The notes beneath the pieces were generated by a model. That model saw only the letters and a list, made by a program, of their open reading frames with translations. It was not told the origin of the DNA and searched no databases. A stretch of DNA of 64,000 nucleotides from assembly GCA_020637675.1 (NCBI GenBank), contig JACKKD010000004.1:14787-78786 (forward strand). Reading direction: 5' to 3'. The position numbers and the translations under genes were made by a program. Positions 54,342 through 63,604 of this stretch are shown here, in pieces (within the stretch, counting starts at the first letter, position 1; every line of letters starts with the position of its first letter). This DNA is from Paracoccaceae bacterium (GTDB taxonomy: Bacteria; Pseudomonadota; Alphaproteobacteria; Rhodobacterales; Rhodobacteraceae).

Positions 54342-57115
54342 TGCTGGTCCTCGGCCCCATCGGCTTCACGGCGCCCTGGCTCCTCTGGGGGCTCGCGGCC
54401 CTGCCGGTGCTGTGGCTGCTCTTGCGCGCGATCCCGCCCGCGCCGATCCGCCGGCGGTTTCCGGGCGTGGCGCTTCTCCTCGGCCTCGCCGACGAGGAGC
54501 AGGAGGCCGACCGGACGCCCTGGTGGCTCCTTCTCCTGCGCATGCTCGCCGTGGCCGCGATGATCGCCGGCTTTGCGGGGCCCGTGCTGAACCCCGAGGT
54601 GCGGACGCAGGGTGGGGGGCCGCTTTTCGTCGTCACCGACGGAAGCTGGGCCTCGGCCCGCGACTGGTCGAAGTCCGCGGCCCGGATTGCAGCGGCCGTG
54701 GATGAAGCCGGCCGCTCTGGGCGCAGCGTGGCGGTCGTCTCGCTCACCGACGTGCCGCCGGGCGGGCCGGTCTTCGCCGCGGCCGATGCGGTTGCAGAGG
54801 GGTTGCCCGCGATCCAGCCGAAGGCGTGGGAGCCGGCCGAAGGGGACATGGCGCGGCTGACGGACGAACTGCCGGAGGGCGGATTCGACACACTCTGGCT
54901 GTCGGACGGGATAGCGCGCGCGGGCCGGGCGGAGCTTCTCGCGTCTCTCATGGCACATGGCGCCGTGACCGCGGTGGAAGCCTCGCGCGGCCCGCTGGCG
55001 CTTGGTCCGCCGGTTTACGAGGGCGGTACCGTGTCGGCTTCGGTGCTCAGAGCGCGGAAAGAGGGGGAGGGCGCGGCGGAGGTCGTTGCGCGCGGGCTCG
55101 ATCCTGCGGGGATCGAGCGCGAGCTTGCCCGGGCCGAGGCCTCCTTTACGCCTGGCGACGGGCGGGCGGTGGCGGAATTCGACCTGCCGCCGGAACTCAG
55201 GAACCGTCTGACCCGCTTCGAGATCGCGGGCGAGACGAGCGCGGGGGCGGTGACACTCGCCGACGACGCGCTGAAGCGGCGCAAGGTGGCGATCATCACC
55301 AGCGGCGCGGCGCGCGAGGGACTTGAGCTGCTGGCGCCCGACCATTTCCTGCGGCAGGCGCTGGTGCCCACCGCCGATGTGATCGAGGGCACTGTCGGCG
55401 ACGTCCTTCTCGCCGCTCCCGATGTCATAATCCTCGCCGATGTCGCCAAGGTGGCCGAGGTGGAGCCCCTGACCGACTGGATCGAGGAGGGCGGTCTGCT
55501 CGTGCGTTTCGCGGGGCCCCATCTCGCGGCCTCCGACGTCGGCCGCGATGCCCTCGACCCCCTGCTGCCAGTGAGGCTCAGGAGCGGCGGCCGCTCGGTC
55601 GGCGGCACGATGAGCTGGGGTGAGCCGAAGGCGCTCGCGGCCTTCCCGGAAGGCTCGCCCTTTGCCGGGCTCGTGCCCCCCGACGACGTGGTTGTCTCGG
55701 CGCAGGTCCTCGCCGAGCCGGGGCCGGACCTCGCCGCCGCAACGATCGCCACGCTGGCGGACGGCACTCCGCTGGTCACGCGCCGCCAGATCGGCGACGG
55801 GCAGGTCGTGCTCTTCCACGTCTCGGCCAACGCGGAATGGACGAGCCTTCCCCTCTCCGGGCTCTTCGTGCAGATGCTCGAGCGGCTGGCGATCTCGTCC
55901 AACGCCGCCCGGCCGAAGGCGGGGGACCTCGCCGGCACGACCTGGACGGCCGAGCGGGTGCTCGACGCCTTCGGCGCGTTGGGAGAGGCAGCGGACCTGC
56001 CGGGCGTGCCCGGCGAAAGACTCGCGGAGTCGCGGGTCGGGCCCGACGTGCAGCCTGGCCTTTATGGCTCCGGCGACCGGCGGCTGGCGTTGAACGTGAT
56101 TTCCGCCGACCGCGAACTGGCGGCGGCGGAATGGCCCGCGGGCGTGGCGGTCGAGGGCCTCGTCGTTGCCCGGGAACAGCCGATGAAAGGCTGGGTCCTG
56201 ACCGCCGCGCTGGCGCTTCTTCTGGTCGATCTTGTCGCCTCGCTCGCGCTTGCGGGGCGCCTTCGGGGGGTGCGTGCCGGTCTTGCCGTGCTGGCATTGG
56301 CGGCGCTCCTGCCGGGGATGGCCCCGCGCGGAGCCGCGGCGCAGGATGGCGGGGCCCTCGACGACAAGGTGCTGCGCGCGGCAGGCAGCGTCGTTCTCGC
56401 CCATGTCCTCACAGGCGAGGCGGAGACGGACCGCGTGGCCGAGGCCGGGCTCTGGGGCCTGTCGGAGATTCTGTTTGCGCGCACCTCGGTCGAACCTGTG
56501 GAACCGCAGGGCGTCGACCTCGAGAGTGACGAACTGTCGGTCTACACCTTCCTCTACTGGCCCGTGACGGCGGCCCAGCCCGCACCGTCCCCTGCCGCCT
56601 ATGCGAAGCTCAACCGCTACCTGCGGTCGGGCGGCCTCATCCTCTTCGACACGCGCGACGCCGACGTGGCCGGCTTCGGTGCCGCTTCGCCGGAAGGTCG
56701 GCGGCTGCAGGCGCTGGCAGCCCCCCTCGACATCCCGCCGCTGGAGCCGATTCCGCCCGACCATGTTCTGACCCGCAGCTTCTACCTGATCCAGGATTTC
56801 CCCGGCCGTTTCGACGGCCGCGCGATCTGGGTGGAGGCCGCGCCACCCGACGCGGAACTGGCCGAGGGGATGCCCTTCCGCAACCTCAACGACGGGGTGA
56901 CGCCGGTCGTCATCGGCGGCAACGACTGGGCGCGGGCCTGGGCGGTGGACGAATCCAACCGGCCCATGTTCCCGGTGGGCCGCGGCCTGGGCGGCGAGCG
57001 GCAGCGCGAAATCTCCTACCGCTTCGGCGTCAACCTCATCATGCATGTGCTGACCGGCAACTATAAATCCGATCAGGTCCATGTGCCGGCGCTTCTCGAA
57101 AGGCTCGGCCAATGA
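54341..57115 (+). CDS. large membrane protein with BatA-type N-terminal TM region and a DUF4159-like C-terminus
   Basis: About 924 aa. The ATG overlaps the DUF58 stop. N-terminus MLVLGPIGFTAPWLLWGLAALPVLWLLLR resembles the aerotolerance-regulator N-terminal motif. An internal TM lies near residue 630. The C-terminal domain is periplasmic-looking. Confidence 0.8.
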   Translation: MLVLGPIGFTAPWLLWGLAALPVLWLLLRAIPPAPIRRRFPGVALLLGLADEEQEADRTPWWLLLLRMLAVAAMIAGFAGPVLNPEVRTQGGGPLFVVTDGSWASARDWSKSAARIAAAVDEAGRSGRSVAVVSLTDVPPGGPVFAAADAVAEGLPAIQPKAWEPAEGDMARLTDELPEGGFDTLWLSDGIARAGRAELLASLMAHGAVTAVEASRGPLALGPPVYEGGTVSASVLRARKEGEGAAEVVARGLDPAGIERELARAEASFTPGDGRAVAEFDLPPELRNRLTRFEIAGETSAGAVTLADDALKRRKVAIITSGAAREGLELLAPDHFLRQALVPTADVIEGTVGDVLLAAPDVIILADVAKVAEVEPLTDWIEEGGLLVRFAGPHLAASDVGRDALDPLLPVRLRSGGRSVGGTMSWGEPKALAAFPEGSPFAGLVPPDDVVVSAQVLAEPGPDLAAATIATLADGTPLVTRRQIGDGQVVLFHVSANAEWTSLPLSGLFVQMLERLAISSNAARPKAGDLAGTTWTAERVLDAFGALGEAADLPGVPGERLAESRVGPDVQPGLYGSGDRRLALNVISADRELAAAEWPAGVAVEGLVVAREQPMKGWVLTAALALLLVDLVASLALAGRLRGVRAGLAVLALAALLPGMAPRGAAAQDGGALDDKVLRAAGSVVLAHVLTGEAETDRVAEAGLWGLSEILFARTSVEPVEPQGVDLESDELSVYTFLYWPVTAAQPAPSPAAYAKLNRYLRSGGLILFDTRDADVAGFGAASPEGRRLQALAAPLDIPPLEPIPPDHVLTRSFYLIQDFPGRFDGRAIWVEAAPPDAELAEGMPFRNLNDGVTPVVIGGNDWARAWAVDESNRPMFPVGRGLGGERQREISYRFGVNLIMHVLTGNYKSDQVHVPALLERLGQ

Positions 57116-59196
57116 TCGGGCAGGTGATCTTCGATCCGCTGGTGCCGGGGCCGGCGCTCTGGGCCCTCGGTGCCCTCGCGCTCGCCTTCGTGACCTTTGC
57201 CGCATGGCGGCGAATTGCCGGCTGGTGGCTCAGGGCGCTCGCCGCCGTGGCGCTCCTGGCAGCTGTCGCCCAGCCCTCGCTACAAAGCGAGGAGCGGCGG
57301 CCCCTTTCGGACATCGTGCTTCTCGTCATCGACGAAAGCGCGAGCCAGAAGATCGGGGAACGACCGGAGCAGACGGCGGCGGCCGTGGCCCGGATCGAGG
57401 CCGAAGTGGCGGCGCTGCCGAATACCGAGTTGCGCAAGATCACCGTTGGCGACGGGGCCAAGGACGCGGGAACACTCGCCATGACGGCGCTCGCGCAGGC
57501 GCTGGCCGAGGAGCCGCGCGCGCGGGTCGCGGGGGCGATCCTCGTCAGCGACGGTCAGGTCCATGACGTCGACCTCGCGCCGGCACTGCCTGCGCCGCTC
57601 AACCTGCTCCTGACCGGTCATGCTGCCGACTGGGACCGGCGGCTGATGGTCACGACCGCGCCCGCCTTCGGCATCATCGGCGAGCCGCTCTCCCTCGCGC
57701 TCCGCATCGAGGAACAGGGCACGATGCCGGCCGGCGAGGCCGGACGGCGGGTCAACCTCGCCATCTCGATCGACGGAGCAGAGCCGGAGACCTATGCCGT
57801 CCCGGTCGGGCAGGATCTCGAACTGCCCCTTACGCTCGACCACGGTGGGCAGAACGTCGTCCAGCTCACGGTGGAGACGGCCGAGGGCGAACTGACTGAC
57901 CGCAACAACGTTGCCATCGTGCAGATCAACGGCGTGCGGGACCGGCTGCGCGTGCTCCTCGTCTCGGGCGAGCCCTATGCCGGCGAGCGGACCTGGCGCA
58001 ACCTGCTGAAATCCGACAGCGCGGTGGACCTCGTCCACTTCACCATCCTGCGTCCGCCGGACAAGCAGGACGGCGTGCCGGTGTCGGAATTGTCGCTCAT
58101 CGCCTTCCCGACGCGCGAGCTTTTTGTCGAGAAGGTCGATGAATTCGACCTGATCATCTTCGACCGCTACCGGCTGAGGGGCATCCTGCCGGCCGCCTAT
58201 CTCGACAACATCCGCGACTATGTGCTGGGCGGCGGCGCCGTGCTCGTCTCCGCCGGACCGGAATTCGCCTCGGCCGAGAGCCTCTATCACTCCGGCCTCG
58301 GTGAGGTGCTGCCGGCGCGGCCGACGGCGCGGGTGATCGAGGGGGCGTTCCTGCCGCGGGTCTCGGACCTCGGGGCGCGCCACCCGGTGACCGAGGGACT
58401 GGAAAGCTACGCGCCGGACGGCGCCGCAGCCGGCGCACCCGGCGCGCCGAAGTGGGGCCGGTGGACCCGCTACGTGGAACTTGCCGACGCGGATGGGCAG
58501 GTGGTCATGGAAGGCCCCGACAAGGTGCCGCTTCTGGTCCTGAACCGAGCGGGCGAGGGCCGGGTGGCGCTTCTGGCGTCCGACCAGGCGTGGCTCTGGG
58601 CGCGCGGGTTCGAGGGAGGCGGGCCGCAACTGGAGCTTCTCCGCCGCCTCGCCCACTGGATGATGAAGGAACCTGACCTGGAAGAGGAGTCGCTGACAGC
58701 GACGGCAGAGGGCAACGTCCTCACGATCACCCGCCGCACGCTCGGCGAGGGCGGCCGCGAGGTGACGGTTACCGCGCCCGACGGCACTTCCACGCAGCTT
58801 GCGCTGACCGAGGTCGGCCCGGGCCGGCATCAGGCGACCTATGCCGCCCCCGCGCTCGGGCTCTACCGGTTGTCCGACGGAGATCTGGAACGGGTCACCG
58901 CGATCGGCCCCGCCAGTCCGCGAGAGTTCGAGGCCGCCATAGCCTCGCCCGCGCCGCTGGACTCCGTCATGGGGTCGACCAACGGCGGAGTCACCCGGAT
59001 CGAGGACGGGTTGCCTGATGTGCGCGCGGTGCGCGAGGGGCGCCCGGCGACGGGGCGGGGATGGATCGGCATCACGCCGCGCAATGCCTACCAGACGACC
59101 GACATCCGGATCGCGGCCTTGCTTCCGCCCTGGGCGTTCCTGCTGATTGCGGCGGCGCTGACGCTGGCGGCCTGGCTCCGCGAAGGGCGACGGTAG
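57112..59196 (+). CDS. membrane protein with N-terminal TM pair, degenerate VWA-like region and C-terminal TM anchor
   Basis: 694 aa. The ATG overlaps the upstream stop (ATGA). MIDAS-like VIDESAS motif after two TM helices. C-terminal TM LLPPWAFLLIAAALTLAAWL. Confidence 0.8.
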   Translation: MIGQVIFDPLVPGPALWALGALALAFVTFAAWRRIAGWWLRALAAVALLAAVAQPSLQSEERRPLSDIVLLVIDESASQKIGERPEQTAAAVARIEAEVAALPNTELRKITVGDGAKDAGTLAMTALAQALAEEPRARVAGAILVSDGQVHDVDLAPALPAPLNLLLTGHAADWDRRLMVTTAPAFGIIGEPLSLALRIEEQGTMPAGEAGRRVNLAISIDGAEPETYAVPVGQDLELPLTLDHGGQNVVQLTVETAEGELTDRNNVAIVQINGVRDRLRVLLVSGEPYAGERTWRNLLKSDSAVDLVHFTILRPPDKQDGVPVSELSLIAFPTRELFVEKVDEFDLIIFDRYRLRGILPAAYLDNIRDYVLGGGAVLVSAGPEFASAESLYHSGLGEVLPARPTARVIEGAFLPRVSDLGARHPVTEGLESYAPDGAAAGAPGAPKWGRWTRYVELADADGQVVMEGPDKVPLLVLNRAGEGRVALLASDQAWLWARGFEGGGPQLELLRRLAHWMMKEPDLEEESLTATAEGNVLTITRRTLGEGGREVTVTAPDGTSTQLALTEVGPGRHQATYAAPALGLYRLSDGDLERVTAIGPASPREFEAAIASPAPLDSVMGSTNGGVTRIEDGLPDVRAVREGRPATGRGWIGITPRNAYQTTDIRIAALLPPWAFLLIAAALTLAAWLREGRR

Positions 59197-59275
59197 CAGG
59201 GGCTCTGTGCCCGAGAGGCACGTTCCGCCTCTCGTTCGCGGGGTGGTCCGCCTGCGGCCTGGACCCTGGTTCCGG

Positions 59276-59315
59276 AAAAAGCGACGGCGCGGGCCCCCAC
59301 CCGCGCCGCCATCGC
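59276..59315 (-). terminator. rho-independent terminator for the 70-aa gene (minus strand)
   Basis: 9-bp G/C stem (59285-59293 with 59300-59308) plus an outer helix. Followed on the minus strand by TTTTT (complement of 59276-59280). Lies 17 nt downstream of the stop at 59333. Confidence 0.75.
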
Positions 59316-59332
59316 ATCAGTCCTGTTCGGCC

Positions 59333-59545
59333 TCAGAGCGGCACGTTGTCCCAGAGGGACTCGGCATCGTTGCAAAGCGTCAGGAGCCGCAGCTGAGCGC
59401 GGCGCTTCTCGGGTGTGGTCCGATCGGTCGCCGTTTCGCCGAAGGTCTGGCGCAGCTTGCCCTTCAACTCCTCGGCGCGGTCGGGATTCGCGAGCAGGTC
59501 ATCAACAAACAGGTCAATCTCGTCACGACGTTGCGGCTGGCTCAT
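59333..59545 (-). CDS. small charged helical protein (70 aa), unknown function
   Basis: GGGAGG SD before the ATG, with its own terminator. Sequence MSQPQRRDEIDLFVDDLLANPDRAEELKGKLRQTF...AESLWDNVPL. It is the C-terminal part of the over-extended track ORF 59333-60082. Confidence 0.6.
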   Translation of the reverse strand: MSQPQRRDEIDLFVDDLLANPDRAEELKGKLRQTFGETATDRTTPEKRRAQLRLLTLCNDAESLWDNVPL

Positions 59546-59697
59546 CACATCCTCCCAGGGCGCTTCGCGCGTCTTTGAGCACGCATATGTGGCGGTGGTG
59601 CAACGATAACACGGGAAAAGCGATTCTCGCCACGGTGGAACATGGACAAATCCGCGCAACTGGCCCTGACGGCGGCAAGATGCCGAAACTTCCGGCG

Positions 59698-60066
59698 TCA
59701 GCGGCGGAGATCCAGGCGGGTTGGCGACGCGGCCCACCCGTCGAGCGTGCAGCGCGGCCGAATCAGGACATAGTCCACCCCACCGCCGATGACGATGCCG
59801 GAGAGGCTGCGGGTGAAGGGCTGTTCCTCCACGTGAGGGTGGCTCAGTTCGCGGTAGCCGAGCCGTGTGCCATCCGGTGCTAGAACCTCCCAGCCGCTTG
59901 CATAGTGGTCCCATCCACTGTCGGCATGCCGCAGGGTGACGGTGATCGTCCAGCCCTTTGGTCCCGGGGTGGCCGTAGCCGCCACGACCTCGACCGGGCT
60001 CGCGCGCAAGGGGGACGCCGTCAGGACGGCGAGCGTGGCGGCAAGGGCGAAGGCGGGACCGATCAT
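59698..60066 (-). CDS. secreted protein (about 122 aa) with His-containing motifs, unknown function
   Basis: Signal peptide MIGPAFALAATLAVLTASPLRA. Motifs RHADSGWDHYASGW and SHPHVEEQPF. Confidence 0.6.
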   Translation of the reverse strand: MIGPAFALAATLAVLTASPLRASPVEVVAATATPGPKGWTITVTLRHADSGWDHYASGWEVLAPDGTRLGYRELSHPHVEEQPFTRSLSGIVIGGGVDYVLIRPRCTLDGWAASPTRLDLRR

Positions 60067-60101
60067 CCCCGCACCATGCCACGTCCGGTCGGGGCCGGCG
60101 A

Positions 60102-60803
60102 TCACTTTGGCGTGCCGTCCATCAGCACCCGGCGCGAGACCGAGGCGAATTCGCGCCGCCAGAGCACGGCGAGCGTGACGGCGGTCGCCATGGTCAGCGC
60201 GAGCGGGCCAAGTATCCAGGCAAGCGCCGCGAGTGCGAAATAGACGGCCCGCAGACCCCGATTGAAGCTCCGCGCCGCCGAGATGTTGATCTGGGCCGCC
60301 TGCCCCGCCCGGTGAAAGGCAGAGGGATCATCGGTTTCGTTCGGCACGGCCGCCATCACGATGGCGCAATAGCCGAAGAGCCGGTGCGACCAGAGGAACT
60401 TCAGGAACGCATTGGTGAGGAAGAGGAGGATGACGATGATCTTCGCCTCCAGCACCGCGGCAGGGGCGGAGGCCAGCGTCAGGTCCTCGGCGAGGCCGAG
60501 GAGCCGCTCCGTATTGCCGATGAGCGCCACGCCGCCGCCGATGGCGATCATCGTCGCCGACGCAAGGAAGCTCGTGCCCTGACGCAGGCTGTCCATCACC
60601 GAGGCATCGAAGATCCGCGGCTGGCGGGTGACGAACTGGCGCATCCACTCGCGCCGGTAAGCGGTCATAAGGGCCGAGACGGACGGCAGGCTCCGGGGCG
60701 GATGCTCGACTAGGAAGCCGAAGACGAGCCAGCCGAGCAGGAGAAAGCCGAGCGCGGCCATGTCGGCGGTGGTCATGTCGCTGGGGGAGATGAGGTCGGT
60801 CAT
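60102..60803 (-). CDS. integral membrane protein, DUF599-like
   Basis: About 233 aa from MTDLISPSDMTTADMAALGFLLLGW, with 4-5 TM helices. The family name is from memory. The track ORF is over-extended to 61025. Confidence 0.7.
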   Translation of the reverse strand: MTDLISPSDMTTADMAALGFLLLGWLVFGFLVEHPPRSLPSVSALMTAYRREWMRQFVTRQPRIFDASVMDSLRQGTSFLASATMIAIGGGVALIGNTERLLGLAEDLTLASAPAAVLEAKIIVILLFLTNAFLKFLWSHRLFGYCAIVMAAVPNETDDPSAFHRAGQAAQINISAARSFNRGLRAVYFALAALAWILGPLALTMATAVTLAVLWRREFASVSRRVLMDGTPK

Positions 60804-60916
60804 GGCGCCGAACCTATCGCGAGGTTCGCCATGAGGGAATCCGCCGTCGTCGCCCGCGTTACATCTTCGCGGCGGAGTTGCTACGATCCCCGGAGGAAGC
60901 ATCCCGGAGGCACCCG

Positions 60917-61447
60917 ATGCCCGAAGCGAACCGACTCGACTGCATTGCCCACTGGCGCGATATCGAGGGCCCGGATGACGCGCACTATGAGGGGGATGAC
61001 GAGCTTCTCGGCATCGGGGCTGCATTCGGCCGGCACTTCGGCCTTGCCCGGATCGGCATCCATCACGAAAGGCTCCTGCCCGGCCGCCGTAGCTCCTATC
61101 CTCATGCCGAGAGCGCCGAGGAGGAGTTCGTCTATGTCATCGAGGGCACGCCGGACGTCTGGCTCGACGGCCGGCTCCACCGCCTCGGCCCCGGGGATGC
61201 CGTCGGGTTCCCGGCCGGCACGGGGCAGTGCCACTGCTTCCTCAACAACAGTGAGGCCGAGGTGCGCCTTCTGGTCGTGGGCGAGCGCCCGAAGCCAGAG
61301 AACCGCATCGTCTACCCCCGCAACCCTGAACAGAGGACGCTTCGCGACGACTGGTGGGAGGACGCGCCGGAGCGCCCGATGGGCGACCACGACGGGTTGA
61401 CGGACCGGCTGCGTGCGTGGCGGGCCGGCAGAGGACCCGCCACCTGA
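60917..61447 (+). CDS. cupin domain protein
   Basis: About 176 aa. Cupin motifs around SYPHAESAEEEFVYVIEG and GDAVGFPAGTGQCHCFLN. Confidence 0.75.
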   Translation: MPEANRLDCIAHWRDIEGPDDAHYEGDDELLGIGAAFGRHFGLARIGIHHERLLPGRRSSYPHAESAEEEFVYVIEGTPDVWLDGRLHRLGPGDAVGFPAGTGQCHCFLNNSEAEVRLLVVGERPKPENRIVYPRNPEQRTLRDDWWEDAPERPMGDHDGLTDRLRAWRAGRGPAT

Positions 61448-61453
61448 GGGCGA

Positions 61454-63604
61454 TCAGCGCGCGAGGCTCTGCGCGAGCCGCATCAGCTTCACCGCCTCGG
61501 CGCGATAGCCGTACGGGTCCTCGCCCTTCGCCCCGGAGGCAAGCGCGATCGCCTCCACCCAGCCCCAGGTGCCGAGGTATTTCGGCTCGCCCAGAAGCTG
61601 GCCCATTCCGGCGATGGCGGCGGCGAAGCGGGCGTCGGTGTCGGCCTCGCCCGGTGCGGCGGGGATCGGCGTCTCGATCAGTCGCGACGTGGCCTCCCCC
61701 GGCGCCTTCCAGCGCAGCTTGAGGAAACCGAGCTCCGATGCATCGCCGCCGCCAGGGGCCGCGCCGTAGCGCAAGGGATCGGAGAGCCGCGCGGCCGAGC
61801 CGACGGGCGTGATCTCGTAGAGCGCGGTCACCTGATGGCCGGCGCCGATCTCGCCCGCGTCCACCCGGTCGTTGTTGAAATCCTCGCGCGCAAGCGCCCG
61901 GGTCTCGTAGCCGATCAGACGGTATTCGGCGACGGCGGCGGGGTTGAACTCCACCTGCACCTTGACGTCGTCGGCGATGGGGAAGAGCGCGCCGGTAAGC
62001 TGGTCCACCAGCACCTTCTGCGCCTCGGTCGCCGTGTCGATGTAGGCCGCCGTGCCGTTGCCGTTCTGCGCCAGCGCCTGCATCGTCGCGTCGTCGAGAT
62101 TGCCGCGCCCGAAGCCGAGGACGGAGAGGTAGGTGCCGCTCTCGCGTTTTTCGGCAATGAAGTCCTTCAGGTCCTCGGGATTGTCGATACCGACGTTGAA
62201 ATCTCCGTCCGTGGCGAGAAGGATGCGACCGATGCGCCCCTCCCCGGCCATGCTTTCGGCGACCTGATAGGCCTGGGCGAGCCCCTCGGCCCCGGCGGTG
62301 GAGCCGCCCGCTTCCAGCCGGCCGAGCGCGCCGAGGATCGCATCGCGGTCGCCGGCCGCGGTGGGCTCCAGCACCAGCCCGGCGGAGCCCGCATAGGTGA
62401 CGATCGCCACCCGGTCCTCGGGGCGCAACTGGCCGAGCAGGAGCCGGAAGGACTGCTTCAGGAGCGGCAGCTTGTTCGCATCCTCCATCGAGCCCGAGGT
62501 GTCGATGAGGAAGACGAGGTCGATCGGCGGGCGGTCTTCGATCGCCGGCATCCGACCCTGCAAACCGACCCTGAGAAGCTGCGTTCCGGCGTTCCAGGGG
62601 GTCTGGAAGAGGCTGACCGAGGCGCGGAAGGGTGCCGCCCCGGCCAAGGGCGCGGGGTAGGCGTAGGGGAAGTAGTTCACCATCTCTTCGATCCGCACCG
62701 AGTCCTTCGGTGGAAGGACGCCCCCGGCGAGGGACGAGCGCAGCACCGACCACGATGCCGTGTCGGTGTCGATCGAGAAGGTGGAGACGGGCTCCTCCGC
62801 CGCGATCTTCACCGGGTTCGGGGCGGCATTGGCGAAGGCTTCGGTGTCAGCCGCGGGCAACCGGCGCGCCGTGTCGTCGGCCAGGGTGAGGCCGGCGGCG
62901 AGGCCGGGGGCGGGGGCGGGGGCCTCCGCCTCGCCGGACGCATAGGCGCCGGCCTCGCGGCTGCTGCCGAGCGCCTGGGCCATCTCGGCCATCGGCGCCA
63001 CGGGCGGGATTCTGGCGAGCGTGCTGGTTCCGGCGCCGGTCGGATCGGCAGCGGCGACCGATGCGGCCTCCGGGGCGGAGAGCGGCGCGGCGCCGGCCAC
63101 TGCCTCGCCTTCGGCCTTGCGCCGCGCGTCGGCAGGGTCGGCAGCGTCGGCAGCCGGTGCATTGGCAATCGCGTCGGCAATCCCGTCTGCAAGGGTGGCG
63201 GAAGGGGCCTCGGCGGGGGCGGCGAGCCGCGACTCGGCCGGTGCCTCGACCGGCGCGGCGGGCAGGGTCTCGGCCTTGTCCGCGGTGGCTTCAGGCCGTG
63301 GCGCGGGCAGGCCCGTGCCCTGCCGAAGTTCGGGATAGAGTGCAAGTGCGAGGCCGATCACGGCGACCGAAGCGGTGGCGGCGAGAGCGGCGCGGGGGGA
63401 AAGGTGGGCAAGCATCTGGCGAACTCCTGTCGGGAACCCCGCCCCTTTTGGGCGGTCCGACATGGGACGCGCGGCCGCCAGCGTTTCTTGGCGCCGGTCG
63501 AAGGATTCCATCGCGAGCCTGAGCGCCCGCGTCCGCGCCTCTGGATTCGGCGCCGGGGGCGCGGCCTTCAGCCCGTCGCGGAGCCGGTCGAGTTCGTCGC
63601 TCAT
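61454..63604 (-). CDS. membrane protein: short cytoplasmic N-terminal domain, one TM, Ala/Pro/Glu-rich linker, periplasmic VWA domain with C-terminal extension (candidate anti-sigma factor)
   Basis: 716 aa. The ATG overlaps the stop of the upstream ECF sigma gene (ATGA at 63601-63604). TM ALAATASVAVIGLALALY. VWA MIDAS motif DLVFLIDTSGSM. The C-terminal region resembles YfbK-type VWA proteins. Confidence 0.85.
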   Translation of the reverse strand: MSDELDRLRDGLKAAPPAPNPEARTRALRLAMESFDRRQETLAAARPMSDRPKGAGFPTGVRQMLAHLSPRAALAATASVAVIGLALALYPELRQGTGLPAPRPEATADKAETLPAAPVEAPAESRLAAPAEAPSATLADGIADAIANAPAADAADPADARRKAEGEAVAGAAPLSAPEAASVAAADPTGAGTSTLARIPPVAPMAEMAQALGSSREAGAYASGEAEAPAPAPGLAAGLTLADDTARRLPAADTEAFANAAPNPVKIAAEEPVSTFSIDTDTASWSVLRSSLAGGVLPPKDSVRIEEMVNYFPYAYPAPLAGAAPFRASVSLFQTPWNAGTQLLRVGLQGRMPAIEDRPPIDLVFLIDTSGSMEDANKLPLLKQSFRLLLGQLRPEDRVAIVTYAGSAGLVLEPTAAGDRDAILGALGRLEAGGSTAGAEGLAQAYQVAESMAGEGRIGRILLATDGDFNVGIDNPEDLKDFIAEKRESGTYLSVLGFGRGNLDDATMQALAQNGNGTAAYIDTATEAQKVLVDQLTGALFPIADDVKVQVEFNPAAVAEYRLIGYETRALAREDFNNDRVDAGEIGAGHQVTALYEITPVGSAARLSDPLRYGAAPGGGDASELGFLKLRWKAPGEATSRLIETPIPAAPGEADTDARFAAAIAGMGQLLGEPKYLGTWGWVEAIALASGAKGEDPYGYRAEAVKLMRLAQSLAR

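Noticed and set aside
54314-58830. 963-aa (54314-57205) and 516-aa (57280-58830) minus-strand ORFs.
   Set aside because: They are antisense to the two large Bat-like membrane protein genes. Those genes are supported by TM and VWA-like motifs and by stop/start coupling with MoxR and DUF58.
61242-62753. 503-aa minus-strand ORF overlapping the VWA gene in another frame.
   Set aside because: It is out of frame relative to the 716-aa protein that carries the MIDAS motif. Its product is Arg/Gly/Pro-rich with no domains.
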